From assembly GCF_032062105.1 (NCBI RefSeq), contig NW_026936725.1:310001-374000 (forward strand): a stretch of 64,000 nucleotides of DNA. The letters run 5' to 3'. Position numbers and translations under genes: made by a program. The stretch is from Saccostrea cucullata (taxonomy: Eukaryota). The notes beneath the pieces are model-generated. The model saw only the letters and a list, made by a program, of their open reading frames with translations, was not told the origin of the DNA and searched no databases. Numbering within the stretch: the first letter of the stretch is position 1; every line of letters starts with the position of its first letter. Below are positions 49,758 through 62,388 of the stretch, piece by piece.

Positions 49758-49876
49758 ATAAGGAACCACTGTCTAGTTAGTATAATATGCCAGGGACATC
49801 AACGATAGTGGGAAACATGTTTCTCACTATCGTTGATACCCTGGCATACTATAATAACTAGACAGCGATTCTTTAA
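49758..49876. repeat. ~118-bp near-perfect hairpin
   Basis: AAGGAACCACTGTCTAGTTA..ATGCCAGGG..CAACGATAGTGGGAAACA|TGTTTCTCACTATCGTTGA..CCCTGGCAT..TAACTAGACAGCGATTCTTT; left arm recurs at 51743-51801. Confidence 0.85.
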
Positions 49877-50265
49877 GTGTAAAACATTGGCTTCCTAAAT
49901 AATACTAAACCATTGATGTAAACTGAGTTAGATCTACATGTACATTCCTTAAACAATAAAGAATGGATATATGCATTTATAGTTAACAAGATGAACGTTT
50001 TAGAAGGAGGATTATGAGTGCATTTGCTGGATTAACTAGGTTTACATTATATTATATGGGTCAACGGTGAAGGGAAAATGCTACACTCTAATCCTCTGCA
50101 ATAACTTTTAAGGCATATATAACCAATGAAAGTGAATGTCCTTAGCTACATATGTAGTATCCAATGGATGAAAAACATAGATATCTTTATGATACTTTCA
50201 GACACTAATAAAAGTATATTCCATTTTTATTCACAATTCATATAATTTCCATGTCCTTTCTTCTT

Positions 50266-50706
50266 ATTATACCCCCGCTTGAAAAGTGGGAGGGAATATA
50301 GTGATCGGAATGTCCGTCTAGCTGTACTTCCGTCCGTCCGTCTGTTACGATTTGGTTATCCATTTCTTATCTTCCACTGAATGAAATTCAATGAGACTTT
50401 CATAGAATTTTTGTAACAATGTCAATGTGTACTTTCTTTTTCGACACATATTTATTATTTAGGGTTTCAAATAGCAGAACTTGGACACTGCCATTGAGGG
50501 ATACCAATCTCCATAATTCCTCCTTTACCACTGAAAAAATTTCTTTATAATATATTAAATAAATACCATTGTGCAATCCTGTTTTACTTTTTGATTTGAA
50601 ATTAATTTAGGGTCTCCCAGAGCAAACATGGCTATTGCCAAAAATAATCATAAGGGAAACGGGAGTATCATTTGGTGAGCTCAGTGCTCTCAGAACCTCT
50701 AATTTT
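50266..50706 (+). mobile_element. Helentron/HINE (DINE-1-like) element
   Basis: TTATACCCCCGCTTGAAAAGTGGGAGGG hairpin, (CCGT)n microsatellite, 3' GAGCTCAGTGCTCTCAG...CTAATTTTT. Confidence 0.7.
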
Positions 50707-50904
50707 TAAGCTAATATTGATTGAAATTTAAGGAGTAAAATTTACTTAGATGCGCTTACTTTAAGAAGAAGAATTTATAGTGACAAAGTGAATCAAATGC
50801 GAGTTCATTCGTTTTATGAACCAAGAGCCTGGTACTAACTTCGTCACTATATTTTCACTTGCTAGTGTAAAGTATAGAAATTGCTTTATTTTTCTGTATG
50901 ATGA

Positions 50905-51737
50905 TCTTGAGTTGAGGGAGACTGTGAGCACTGGGGAACAATGCCTCTGCTCTCATATGAGGAAAATGGCAAAGCGTATTTCTTGACAATATGTTGTATT
51001 GAGATACAACTAGACACAAAACGGCATTTTGTAATAATGATCTTGTGAAAGTCTCATTATTTAAATTTCATTCAGTGTACCACTGGAGGAGTAGGGATCA
51101 GAAATAAGTATCCAAAGTGTTTAATAAAGAAAAGCAAAGTCAACTAGAAGTACTGTGAGCACTGAGCTTAATAAATGATAATGAAAGTCCATGTTTTGCC
51201 CTATGAGAACGGAAATAAGTGCCAAATCAAAAAGTAAACTAGAGCTAGTGTGAGCACAGAGCTCAATTACAAGTATGATACCCCCGTCTCCTATATGGTT
51301 AAAATGGCAAAGTCCATGTTTTGCTCTGGGAGACCCGACATAAGTGTGAGATCAGAAAGTAATTTAATAGAAGGTGCACAATGGCATTATATATATGTAA
51401 TAAATATTCTGTGCAAGTATCATTAAATTTTATTCAGTGGTATAGGATGAGTTGAGGATACGTAATGGGTACCGTACCTTCAATATAATTTAAATTATGG
51501 CAGTGTCAGTGTACCCAAAATATGTTTCCGATCAAAAAGTAAAATAGAAGATGCACAATTGCACTATGTAGCAAAGAATAATTCTATGAAGGTCTCATTA
51601 AATTTCATTCAGTGGTATAAGAGGAGTTGTGTATAAGAGATGGGTACCCCAAAGCGTAACAGACGGAGGGATGGACGTACAGACGGACGGACATCCCGTT
51701 CACTATATACCCTCCCACTTTTTCAAGCGGTGGTATG
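50905..51737 (-). mobile_element. Helentron/HINE element, inverted relative to 50266-50706, with repeated 3' ends
   Basis: GACGGACGGACAT...ATACCCTCCCACTTTTTCAAGCGG at 51680-51735; TGTGAGCAC terminal module at ~50923, ~51154 and ~51250. Confidence 0.7.
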
Positions 51738-53471
51738 GATTATAAGGAATCACTGTGTAGTTTGTTGGGTATGCCAGGGACATTAATGATAGTTGGAAAC
51801 AAGGGAAAATTATGCATGACGAGCTTCGCCCCATTTAATATCACTCAAAAGCAACAATGGATGCCGAAGATTCTGAAAGAACCACAAAGGGCAATCAGAG
51901 CACGTTTCTTCAATAAGAGAAGAAGTGATAAACATTTCTTTGAGTTTCCTCCTTTCAATTTTTTGTGATAAATCACTATTTATGTTTCTGATTGTACAAA
52001 AAACCCGACCCACATTAAAATCGGTATTTTGAATCTCAAATATCTCGAATGCATGCATCGAGGAGACTTTTTTTGCTTTAAAGGATATCATAAGAATGAC
52101 GTGCCCGATCCTAATTATTGTTATTCTAGTGTATGATGGGTGTCCCATTTCCCATTAGCTCTGATTGGTTTCACTAGAAAACCAGTTTATCAACAGACCA
52201 TATAATTACTGTATTCTATAGGGAAAAGAAAATGAGCATTATCAAAACAAAAATACCTTATTAAAAGACAAAGCCTTATATTTAGGGCGAGTGTAATTAA
52301 GTAGAATTACATTATTCATCAAAGACGAAGACATTGTGGAGAGTATTCGGTATTTCCTTTCTTGGGTAATTATTGGTTTCCATTTCTTAGTCTTTTTTTC
52401 TTTCGTAGTTCTTAAATTTACATTAGCTAGTCTACGATAAGTCATTTTTGTTTATATAATTCCCTTTCTTGCGTTCTGAATTAAGTAAGATACGGTTTCT
52501 TTAGTTAAGTGCTAATAAATTAACCCAAGAAACGTAGAGGTGATACTGTTTAGTCTATAGGGTGGTTGCTATCCGAAAAGATTAAGTAAGAATAAAAGAA
52601 GCTGATAAGTATCCTACATTAAATTCAACATATGTGCTTTATAGATGAAATATGCAGACGTAGAAAGTCGTAGTTCATGCCCTCCTGAATTATCAAAAAT
52701 AAAATTCATTTCTTAAATGGGGTCAGGGTAATTAAGGGTAATTAACTTACTTTTGGGTTAATCATTTAAAATGTTTCTCCTTCCATTCTTATGAAGCTAC
52801 AACCACTTGAAAACTTGTTCTTTGTATGTGCAGGATATTCCCGACAGCATCTTAAACATTTTAGTCTCTTTTTAGACATTTTCCTGTCTGCACACATTTC
52901 TACATACATATATCTAATTTTTATGCTCCGTGAAGCACAAAATAAAAATGCCATATATTTTTCAATTATCACCGGAGAGCACCAAATTCTTGTATATTTA
53001 TTGGAAAAAAATGATTATATCTGGAAAGTTTCCGTTTAACTCTTCTGACATATACTGGTTCAAAGTGTTTTCGAAATACTTCGTACACAAATTGACATAT
53101 AGCCATCAAATAACAATTGCTCCCCGCCCTTCAACTGATCTTAAGTTTTCACCAGTGCAAGCTATGATCCAGAGACTCTGTACTAATTCAAAAACTATCA
53201 CGAAGTTCCAAAATGACCTCAGAGTCTTTTTTCACTTTGCCTTTCCCCTATCCTCCGAGATGTACAAACTAATTATTTCAAACATATGGAAGATACCATC
53301 CTGACATAAAATGATAATAAATGGACAAAAAGAAAACGGCTTATACAATTTTTGATAACTAGGCGTCGATTTCATCAGTTCCAGTACATTAAATCAAAAC
53401 TTAACACATTAATATTATTTTCATATTTCAGAGATTCTTGTTTGTATGTTATGGATTCTTTTTTTTTTCAG

Positions 53472-53682
53472 GTGGAAGAAACGAGACTAGTCAGCGTCAG
53501 ACATGATGCACTTTCCAGATATTGGTGAAAATGAAAGCAACATTGTAAACTTAGTTTTGTTGTTGACAATCTATTGTTTAATTTCATAAGTGTTCATATG
53601 ACCACGCTATTTCCAACTGAGCTTTACATCAGAGTAAATGCTGAATTTCGTTGTTTTTCATTTACATTCTTCTGCAACATAT
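53472..53682 (+). other. putative non-coding 3' UTR exon of the Argos-like gene
   Basis: Strong donor GAAG|GTGAGT at 49257/49258 (25 nt after the stop) and a T-tract acceptor TTTTTTTTTTCAG| at 53471; possible further donor AT|GTGAGT at 53682/53683. Confidence 0.45.
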
Positions 53683-54005
53683 GTGAGTATTTTTAAAGGC
53701 TAATCTTATTTTGAATATTTTTTAAACGGAAAGAAATTATTGTAGATTATTTTAAAGCTTATTCTACATGATCTGGAATGCTTTTACGTGAATTTGAAGA
53801 ATATTTTATTTCCATAAATAATTTAAAACATTCTGATCAGCATGATATTCACATACATTGTATATGTATTCTGTGTCAATTATCATTATCAACATCAATG
53901 CAAAAACTTTAAAAATGTTTGAGTTGTTGTTACTCCATTTTGTGGTAAAATCAATCTAAAGCGTAACAAAGTTAAATGTAAGAATTCAGTTCAGACGTTA
54001 TTGGT

Positions 54006-54911
54006 CTGTTACAACGCACTTTGAAAAATTACGCACTTTGAAAATTTTATATCTAAGTGCGTTAAATTTGGAACCAAATCAATGCACTTTGAAAAAATAA
54101 AATTTCTTTTCAAAGTGCATTAATATCGACCATATTAACGCGCACTTTGAAAAAATGTGTATGCAAATCTTAGGTATGATAAATAATTGAACATGTTTGA
54201 TAACTTTTCGTAGATAAGGTCACTTCAGATCAGGATGTGAAAGTGGGCGAATTTGATTTTTTCATACCACGGTACTTTGAAAATTCTTTCTCTTTTAAAT
54301 GTTTTACTGTACTTATTTTTTTCCAGTTTGCATGCATTTTATGTCAACTAAAATTTATCAAAATTTTTCAACGTCATACCAGTTAAATAAAAACATATAT
54401 TTAGGTGTAGCGTAGGCATTGGTACGGGGGGTGGGGGGGGGGGGGGGGGGGGGGGGGGGGGTAGGCACACAAATGCTTTGCAAAGATATACATAAATATA
54501 GGTATTGAAAATTGGGGCTTACCTTGGGGGGGGGGGGGCATTTTCAATTTGCTACTGTCGGCTATGTACAATGTATAAAAAAGAGTTGGACTGAGAGACC
54601 CTCTACTAGTAAGTCGTCTTCTCCTTGTTCTCAATGAGGTTAAAAGTGAATACATGTAAATTAAAGAGTTTTTCGAAAGATATAATTATTACAAATTTAT
54701 TCTCTTAATTACTAAAATCTAAGTCTAGGATTTTTTTTATTTTATACATATTTTTTACAAAGTGCGTTAAATGTCCTCATGGTAAAAATATTTATGTACA
54801 CTCTTAACGCACTTTGAAAAAAAATTTCAAAGTTCATTAATTTTGTCCCAATCTTAACGTACTTTGAATTTTTTTTTCAAAGTGCGTAATTTTTTCAAAG
54901 TGCTTTGCCAG
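54006..54911. mobile_element. non-autonomous DNA transposon with GCACTTTGAAAA subterminal repeats and 6-bp TSD
   Basis: Direct GCACTTTGAAAA repeats at the left end, TTTTCAAAGTGC at the right; flanked by ATTGGT (54000-54005 and 54912-54917); carries a nested poly-G segment. Confidence 0.75.
54426..54538 (+). repeat. poly-G tracts (G29 at 54433-54461 and a second run near 54526-54538)
   Basis: Direct reading; bounded by GTAGC.../...GCTAC ends typical of short poly-G MITEs. Confidence 0.85.
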
Positions 54912-57900
54912 ATTGGTGTAATTTTTAAATTTTACATCATTGTACTGCAAACATGTTTATTTTCGCCCTTTTACATGTACAACGTCTTGTAGACTATTTT
55001 GTTCCGCTTTTTTGTTTCGCATAGACAAAATTATTTCGATGAAATATGAAGATAACTAATTTGCTGTAGTTATGCTCAAAAGTTCACTTAAACAATATGC
55101 GTATAATGAGCAGCGGTAACACTAGCCTCTGAAAACATAGGTGTGATCAGGTGCCATGAACGAGATAGAGCCCCTGTCGACTGGTCATAACTTTCATGTG
55201 CCCCGTGTTTAAAATGATCCCTGGTAAACAAAAAAAAAAAAAACTGGACAATTCAATGTAATAATAGTGGCTGGACAATCCATATAAATTTGACTTGTTC
55301 GATTGAAAGACAAATTTTATTTGACCATAGAATTTGAAAAATAATGCTTTTAAAGAAGATTGGTGATAACGTTGTATCATTAACTTGTTTGTCCAGAGTT
55401 CTATATTTATAGAACAACACACTTCAAAACAGAAACTTAAATTTATAAGAAAGTGATTAGCTGCATAAACAAGGGAAATTATTAATACTAAATAAAGGTT
55501 TTGAAAAAGAAAAAAAAAACAGCAAAAAAAGTTATCATGCCTCGAAGAACAAACGTTGCATGTGAGTTAATGTTCACTGGTAATACCTCCGCTCTGATGT
55601 TAATACTATAGTATTTACGCTGTCATGTATCCCAGCCTATGGTATGCCTAAAAAAAGTGTGCAGACAGACGCACAAATGTATAACAGTATATACCCTCTC
55701 TCCTTATAGGGGGTATAGTATAAAATGTCAAATTATTAATTTTAATCAGAAATCAAGTTTAAGTCAAGTATTAGATGGTTTGAAGGTAATTTTTAGACTA
55801 AAATCTCTCAGACTGTCTGGCGTTCTCTTTGACTAATTTCCCATTGTTATACCTCTTTACAGATCCAAATAAAAGCTCTAACTGTAAAATGCAATGAAAA
55901 GTATAAAAGTTTGTTATTTAAACAACCAGTTATTAAAAACTAATTGTTCGTTTTAAATTAGACAAATTCGGGTTATTTAAAAACATTGCCCTTAGTAATA
56001 TATGTTTTAAAATCTTCCGTATATTACGGAAATAATTTAAGGTACCTAAATCCTAGATAGTGGCATTATAATATAATGATATCGCGTATTTTATAATTAT
56101 CGATTCTTTACTGCTTAAATTTCCTGTTGTCTAAAGTCTAAAACCCTGACATACATGTACACATGTAACTGCACTGTTTTATCCAGTTTTTAATTAATAA
56201 TTTTATTATTTGATATTTTAAATCTTGTACAAATATACAAATGTACATTGTGCATTTGCACGGGAGTTGTATTTTCAAACATACCATTGTTCTGTTCTAT
56301 TTTTAGTAATTATTTCAGCTCGGTTCCTTTGAATCAAAGAATTGTAATAACTGTAATTTTAATTTTGATGTAGACTCCTTGTATATCATTGGGGGGGGGG
56401 AGTATTGTATAAAAGGTAGCATTTAGAAGAAAACTTTCTAAAAGAACATGCATCATTCATACGTTACTATGGTATATCACTTTATCCAAATCCAAAAATA
56501 CAAAATGTTAAGTAAACGTGCACTCTGTCAGAACTGTTGTACATGTAAATAGTTTGTATACCAAGATATAATGAAATTAATTGTACTTTAACTTTAAAAA
56601 GAGTAGTAACGATTTATTCTTTTTTGCAACCACTTCAACACATCAAAACAATTTAAAGAATTATATATGTCGCTAAATAGCTATGAATTATCTTGGTTTA
56701 TTGAAATGGGGCGAAAACAGTGGGAAGAGAATTAATGAATTCTACAGGCTTACAATCTATATAACCATGGCAATTCAAAAACCGATACAATGAAGGACAG
56801 ACCTTTTTGTATCATTCTTGTATTTCAAAGATTTCAGAAATCAGACTTACTAGTACCCTTAAGGAGGAAATGTACTCTGATTTAGAATTTTCCCGATGCA
56901 ACCTTAATACCAATTGATAACACTAAAATCCGATATCTATAGAATTATACATCCTTGTCTTCAGGATTTCTAATCGTACACTTTATTGAAATTGGATAAA
57001 AACTTAGTTTTAAGAAATTACAAACAGAGAGACAGACGGACAATAGACATTAATTTGCTATTGCAGAAAATATGCTAGAGGGTTGGCCATTTTTAAAGTT
57101 ACAAAAAAGTAAAAGAAAACCATTTCTTAAAAAATATCTTTTGCAAGTGATGTTTGTCAGTTTGTCAGACTGTCAACCTGGGCAAAGTACATGTAGTTAG
57201 AATGGATTTCAATCATACATAAAAACATGTAAAGAACTTTAATTGCAAATATAGTTGAATCTGGTAAGTTCAGTAATAATTCTATATTAAAAAAATAATC
57301 AACTTTGTAGAAAATACTCTTAATTAACCAGGGAAGAATTTCGGAATCATTACATTTTAAAACAGGAAGAGAAAGTTGTGCAGATTACAACTGGAAATAC
57401 GTACTTATGTGTTCTTCCAGCTAAAATAATTTATTTTTGTATTTAAGACGGAAATTCCTTTTATTTACAATAAAAAAGAGATTTTGGTTTCAAATGTTCA
57501 TACACTGATATAATCTTCTACCTTTCGAAGTGTTGCAAGTGTTGTTTTATATACCACTAGGGAAAGTAATTTACTGTCTTTGCTACAAGATAACCAGAAG
57601 AAAAGAAGAATTGTGAAGGAATTATTGTGGTCATCGCTCTACATCCCTGCATATAATTGATATTTCTTGTGATTTGATACATGTTTATCTCATGATATCG
57701 TGAGGATATCTTGTTCTTATCGAATCTAAGCACCTCCGAAAGTTTTGTTCTTCAGTATCAACCAGACTTGGGAGTCAAAGATTAGAAACCAACTGGTATG
57801 ATGACAACGAAATGGTAACTACCTACACTTTATTCTTGCATATGATAATATCGTTTTAATTGAAGTCTTTAATAAAATATTTTGATTTGCAGTCAGGACA

Positions 57901-60119
57901 ATAATGCAGAATTTATACATGTTTAATTTATAAAAAAAAAAAAATATTCATAGAGATTAACATTTTCCGATTGAATATAATCATCAAACAACATACCTAT
58001 CATACAATCTATTATATAATAAGTTATCGTTCTGCTGTACATGTCGGTAAAATACTACAGAAAATGTTCTAATTGCCGACAATTCACTTTTTTCTATTTA
58101 AAAAAAGGGAAGAGGGTAACCAGAAAATGGTATAGAACAACCCAATACTCATACAGGGTAACAAAGGTTCTGATTCCAACAGGAAACTGAAGTACTTATA
58201 TATTGTGACCACTCAAACATACAAGTACTCATATACACATGTGCAGGCACCTGCTGTAACAATTTATCGACTCAAATAATTAAGGCAGACCTCAAATCAA
58301 CACAATATACAAGTACATGACATACATACGTACCATAAATATGAAACAATTAATTATTCCGACCAAACTTCATGAATTTATAGGTTTTACATTCAAAATG
58401 TAAAACGTTTTTTATGTGAATTAGCAATCACAACTCATATTTTAAACATTTCCTTATAATAATATTCACACGCATAGCTCTTGTCTCCAAAAAATACTCT
58501 TTGTGTCAAAAGAAATTTTCTAAAGTGAAGCAGCCTTGTATTTTCCTGAAAACTAAGACATATTTTACACAACAGTTATCAATTTTCAATTTTTTTTTAT
58601 TACCTTCTTAAACAGTAAAAGATTTCATACTGGACTCTAATCATGAACCGTTTTAAATGTTAGTGGAGACACTTGTACTTTGGACATGTACATGTGTCTT
58701 ACAAGAACTCACCACGTGAGTTTTCTTCTTTCCAAGAACAGCTAGTCCCAAGATTTCTCTCTCTCTTTTTCGTTAATTCTGGTGCTTTCAAACTACAAAA
58801 GAAATTGAAAGCCTTTTCAAAGCCTTTTCAAATAAGTAGAGGATAGAATCTATTATGTATATACCGGCATTTGGAGATATTTAACCCTTTTTCTATGATC
58901 CTGTAACATCGGTGACAAACTCATGCATTTTTATATATGAAATCTGTTAATTTAAAGGAATGGTTCGTTAAAAAAAATACATTCAATGTTTGAACAGATG
59001 AAATGATTGTTCATATGCCAGGAATGCTATGAAGTATACATGAGTTTTGGGGGTTTTCTTTGTTTTTTTTTTTTAATAAACACCTGTCGCACCGTTTGCG
59101 TTACATCCCCCCTTTTTTTCTCCTCAAAAGGAACTCGTTCGATGAAAAAAAATTTAATTAGTGCTACTAATTCACTTCGTTAGAGAAAGGAAATGTTACA
59201 ATTAAAATGAATGTTTTTTCACGATCACAAGTTAGACCTTTGTGCGCAAATTCCTAAAGCAAACTTTTGCAAGTGAGAAAATGCAATAAATCGTATTGCA
59301 CATTATCTTTATTTGTTCCTCCACAAAACTATACGAAAATAGTCTAAAATTTCTGATGTTTTGCCGAGCGGGCATTAGAATATCGATGTTTGACCGCCAA
59401 ATGAGTTGTTGGACCTATCGGTGAGATGTTGGACCGCTTACCTCACACGATGGGCGGAGATTAATCTCATTTGCATTCGTTGGTGTTCAACAGTGACGGA
59501 CCTGAGGTTACACCTCGGAAGACAGTTCAAGATACATGTATGTCACAAAATATTGAGATAAAAGGTAAAACAAAACACTAATTGACTATGTTCTCGAGGA
59601 AAATGCGTTTTGTCGACACTTGAACCAAAGTGTCTGCCTTCAGACTATTTTCTGAGCAGTATGGTTCGTAAAAGTTTCCTAGTAGATGTATCTTGCAGAA
59701 TAAAATTAATGTTAGATCCAAATTAAAAGAATTATTTTGATGAGTAAATTAAAAAGAGAACAAGCTTCAAACGAGAGCAAACGTCATATACATAGAACTC
59801 TATAGAGCTCTTTTCATCAGGTAGCGTAGTGTTTAGCATGTTAGTCTCAAAACCCCATGACACTCCTGGATTTTATTGCTTAGGTTCGAATCCTATGAAT
59901 TTACCATATTTCTAAAAATAAAACAATATTTTTTTCAGAGATTTTTTTCTCTCAGAAAACTTTTGTTTTAAATCGTGTAAACTTCATTTACAATTCGTCG
60001 CCGATAGTGCAAAGAATTCTTTCTCCTCATTTACAATCATATAAGGTAATTCTCTTAAATGATGGTAACCTCGTGATCATGGTGATTCTGCAATGCAACG
60101 TCAATTCGGCATAAAGTGG

Positions 60120-60318
60120 GTTAATCGGAAGGGTTTCTTTTTATACAATCTTATTCCGGTTTTCATTAAAATGGCGTCAAAGTCTGACTTCCTTGTTTCA
60201 CGGTTCAGAGAAACTTTATCAACCAAATAATTGGGATGGCGTGTGGTTAAAGCATCAGTTTTAAAGGTTTTTATTTGTGTCTGTGTATCTGGTGTTTACA
60301 ATTGATACCGTGGCACGT
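60120..60318 (+). promoter_or_regulatory. probable promoter and non-coding first exon of PLEKHA gene
   Basis: ETS-like CGGAAG (60126), TTCCGG (~60154), ACTTCC (~60188); YY1-like AAAATGGCG (~60168); donor CGT|GTAAGT at 60318/60319; the next exon begins with 9 nt of UTR before the ATG. Confidence 0.5.
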
Positions 60319-60367
60319 GTAAGTAGGTGTAAATTAAGATTTTATTTTTTTCCTTGTTTGTTTACCT

Positions 60368-62029
60368 GTTTGCATACTTACAATTGTTACTTCTTCATCA
60401 GCTTTATAACCTAGATAGACTGTACCCATTTATGTTACGTTAGAAAATCTTTGTCATATTTATTGTTGATGCAGGGCCATCCATGAACAGTTTTTAATAT
60501 TAGTAATAAAACAAGAATAGATATGGGTTAATACCCCATATCCAAAGATATTCGACTTTTAGATTTAATATGTTTAACAGTGTTTAATGACTTTTATAAA
60601 AAATAAACTGCGCTGTCTAATAGGGATGTGCGATTTTATCGGTATACCGGTATATCGCGATTTTTTGTTGCGTGATACGTATCGTGATACGGAGACCTAA
60701 ATACCGGTCTTAAGGTACATATTATAAAGTCCAGAAATTATTCATTTATTTGTTCAATCTTTCAAATTACAACTGCAGAAAGTATAAAATATGTTGTAAA
60801 AAGTGAAAAGAACGGCATCTTACCGTCCAAACATAACTGATTTTATATACATAAAAATTCCAAGAAAGTAAAATTTTGTTTTTCTAGCATATTTTTTTTA
60901 GAAAACTAAAGACTTTTCATATAAAATCATTGTAAAAACTGCTTTTAAAAATATCATGATATTATCGTGATATTGTGGGAAAAAATCATGATATATCGCG
61001 ATACGAAATTTTTGGCGATACCCATCCCTACTGTCTAAGTATGGAACTGGTGTAAATTTTGTGAGTCCGTAGCATTATGGTAACCCAGTCTCATAACAAA
61101 CAGTGCACATACCTGTGTCCGCAAGACCACTTTAAGCCTTGGTCTACACAGGTACGTTGGAGTTGTCAAATGCATCTAGCGACCTCAGAGAAACACATTT
61201 TGTTTTGCCGAGAAGTTACAATGGCAGACAAAACTTTTTTCTTAATTAGATCATATGAATACAAATTGTGATTAATAAAAATTATGCAATCCCTGCTGAA
61301 CTACTCAGTATATTTAATTGTTCTAACATTTGCATCTGCAACAAAGTGTGTTTAAAATGGGTTAGGAAAATCAGGGCTGGGCCCGGAAATTCTAAACTGG
61401 AAACCTTTTTTAAAAATTACTGAAATAAACTAATGTATTCGTCATGCAACTTATATAATTCAAATTCTATATAAAATGATATGCTGAACTTCAACACGAA
61501 CCTGGTTTTCAGTTTAGAAATCGACGACCCGGTTCAGGTTTTGCTGTAGACACATTTTATAACTTCGCTCCCTAAACAGTCTACACACGAGCAGAATCCG
61601 GCAAGGGATTGAAAATTCCGTCATTTAATAATACACACACAGAGTGATTAATTTTTTCTTAAGAGGAAACTATATGATAATTAATTGTTGATTATGGTAT
61701 AATCAATTCATCGGTGAAAAGATATAATTCGAAGAATGACCTAGATACTTTCTGTTATCAAACATGTTACAAAAAAAAAAAGCTGAGGAGGGAGCGAGCG
61801 TAGGAATATTAATATTTTTTATTTGCATTTCGAGGGGAAAGTGATCTTTGGAGAAAAAAATTTACGTTAATTTTGGTTTCTTTTAAGTTTGCATACTTAC
61901 AATTGTTACTTCTTCATCAGCTTTATAACCTCGATAGACTGTAGCCATTTATGTTACGTTAGAAAATCTTTGTCATATTTATGGTTGATGCAGGGCCATC
62001 CATGAACAGTTTTTAATATTAGTAATAAA
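60368..62029. repeat. 143-bp dispersed direct duplication (60368-60510 and 61887-62029)
   Basis: GTTTGCATACTTACAATTGTTACTTCTTCATCAGC...TAGTAATAAA, about 3 mismatches. Confidence 0.9.
60621..61030. mobile_element. hAT-type MITE with 8-bp TSD
   Basis: TIRs TAGGGATG...CATCCCTA; perfect TSD CTGTCTAA at 60613-60620 and 61031-61038; subterminal CGATA/TATCG motifs. Confidence 0.9.
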
Positions 62030-62388
62030 GTAATAATCATAGCGCAGATTGATATGTATTTTTGAAGATAATAATGGCATGTAAAGATGTATTTGGGAAG
62101 ATTTTGTCATTTTTTGCCTTCACACATAACTGAATGAGGTACCAAGGAAACCTCTGCCTAGTGTTGCACTGTTTATTGTTAGCCTAGGTATCATAAAATG
62201 AGTAGGTTTGGATGGAATTCTTGTGAAATTTTTAATATTAATCAGATTTTAGAAAAGCTTAATACCGGTAGTTTTCATTGATATGAACATTAATTTTGCT
62301 GTCCTTCATATCCTTTTCTTTGTTATAATAAAATTATTTTAGAACTTCTGAAAGATAACTCTTTGTTATTTCTTTACAGGATAATAAC

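Noticed and set aside
52760-53305. Overlapping ORFs of 68-124 aa
   Set aside because: No motifs, non-ATG or weak starts, no consistent splice structure.
54401-54655. Proline-rich 84-aa ORF
   Set aside because: Artefact of poly-G tracts within a transposon.
59821-59895. tRNA gene
   Set aside because: Has A- and B-box-like motifs but excessive spacing and no acceptor stem; tRNA-derived repeat.
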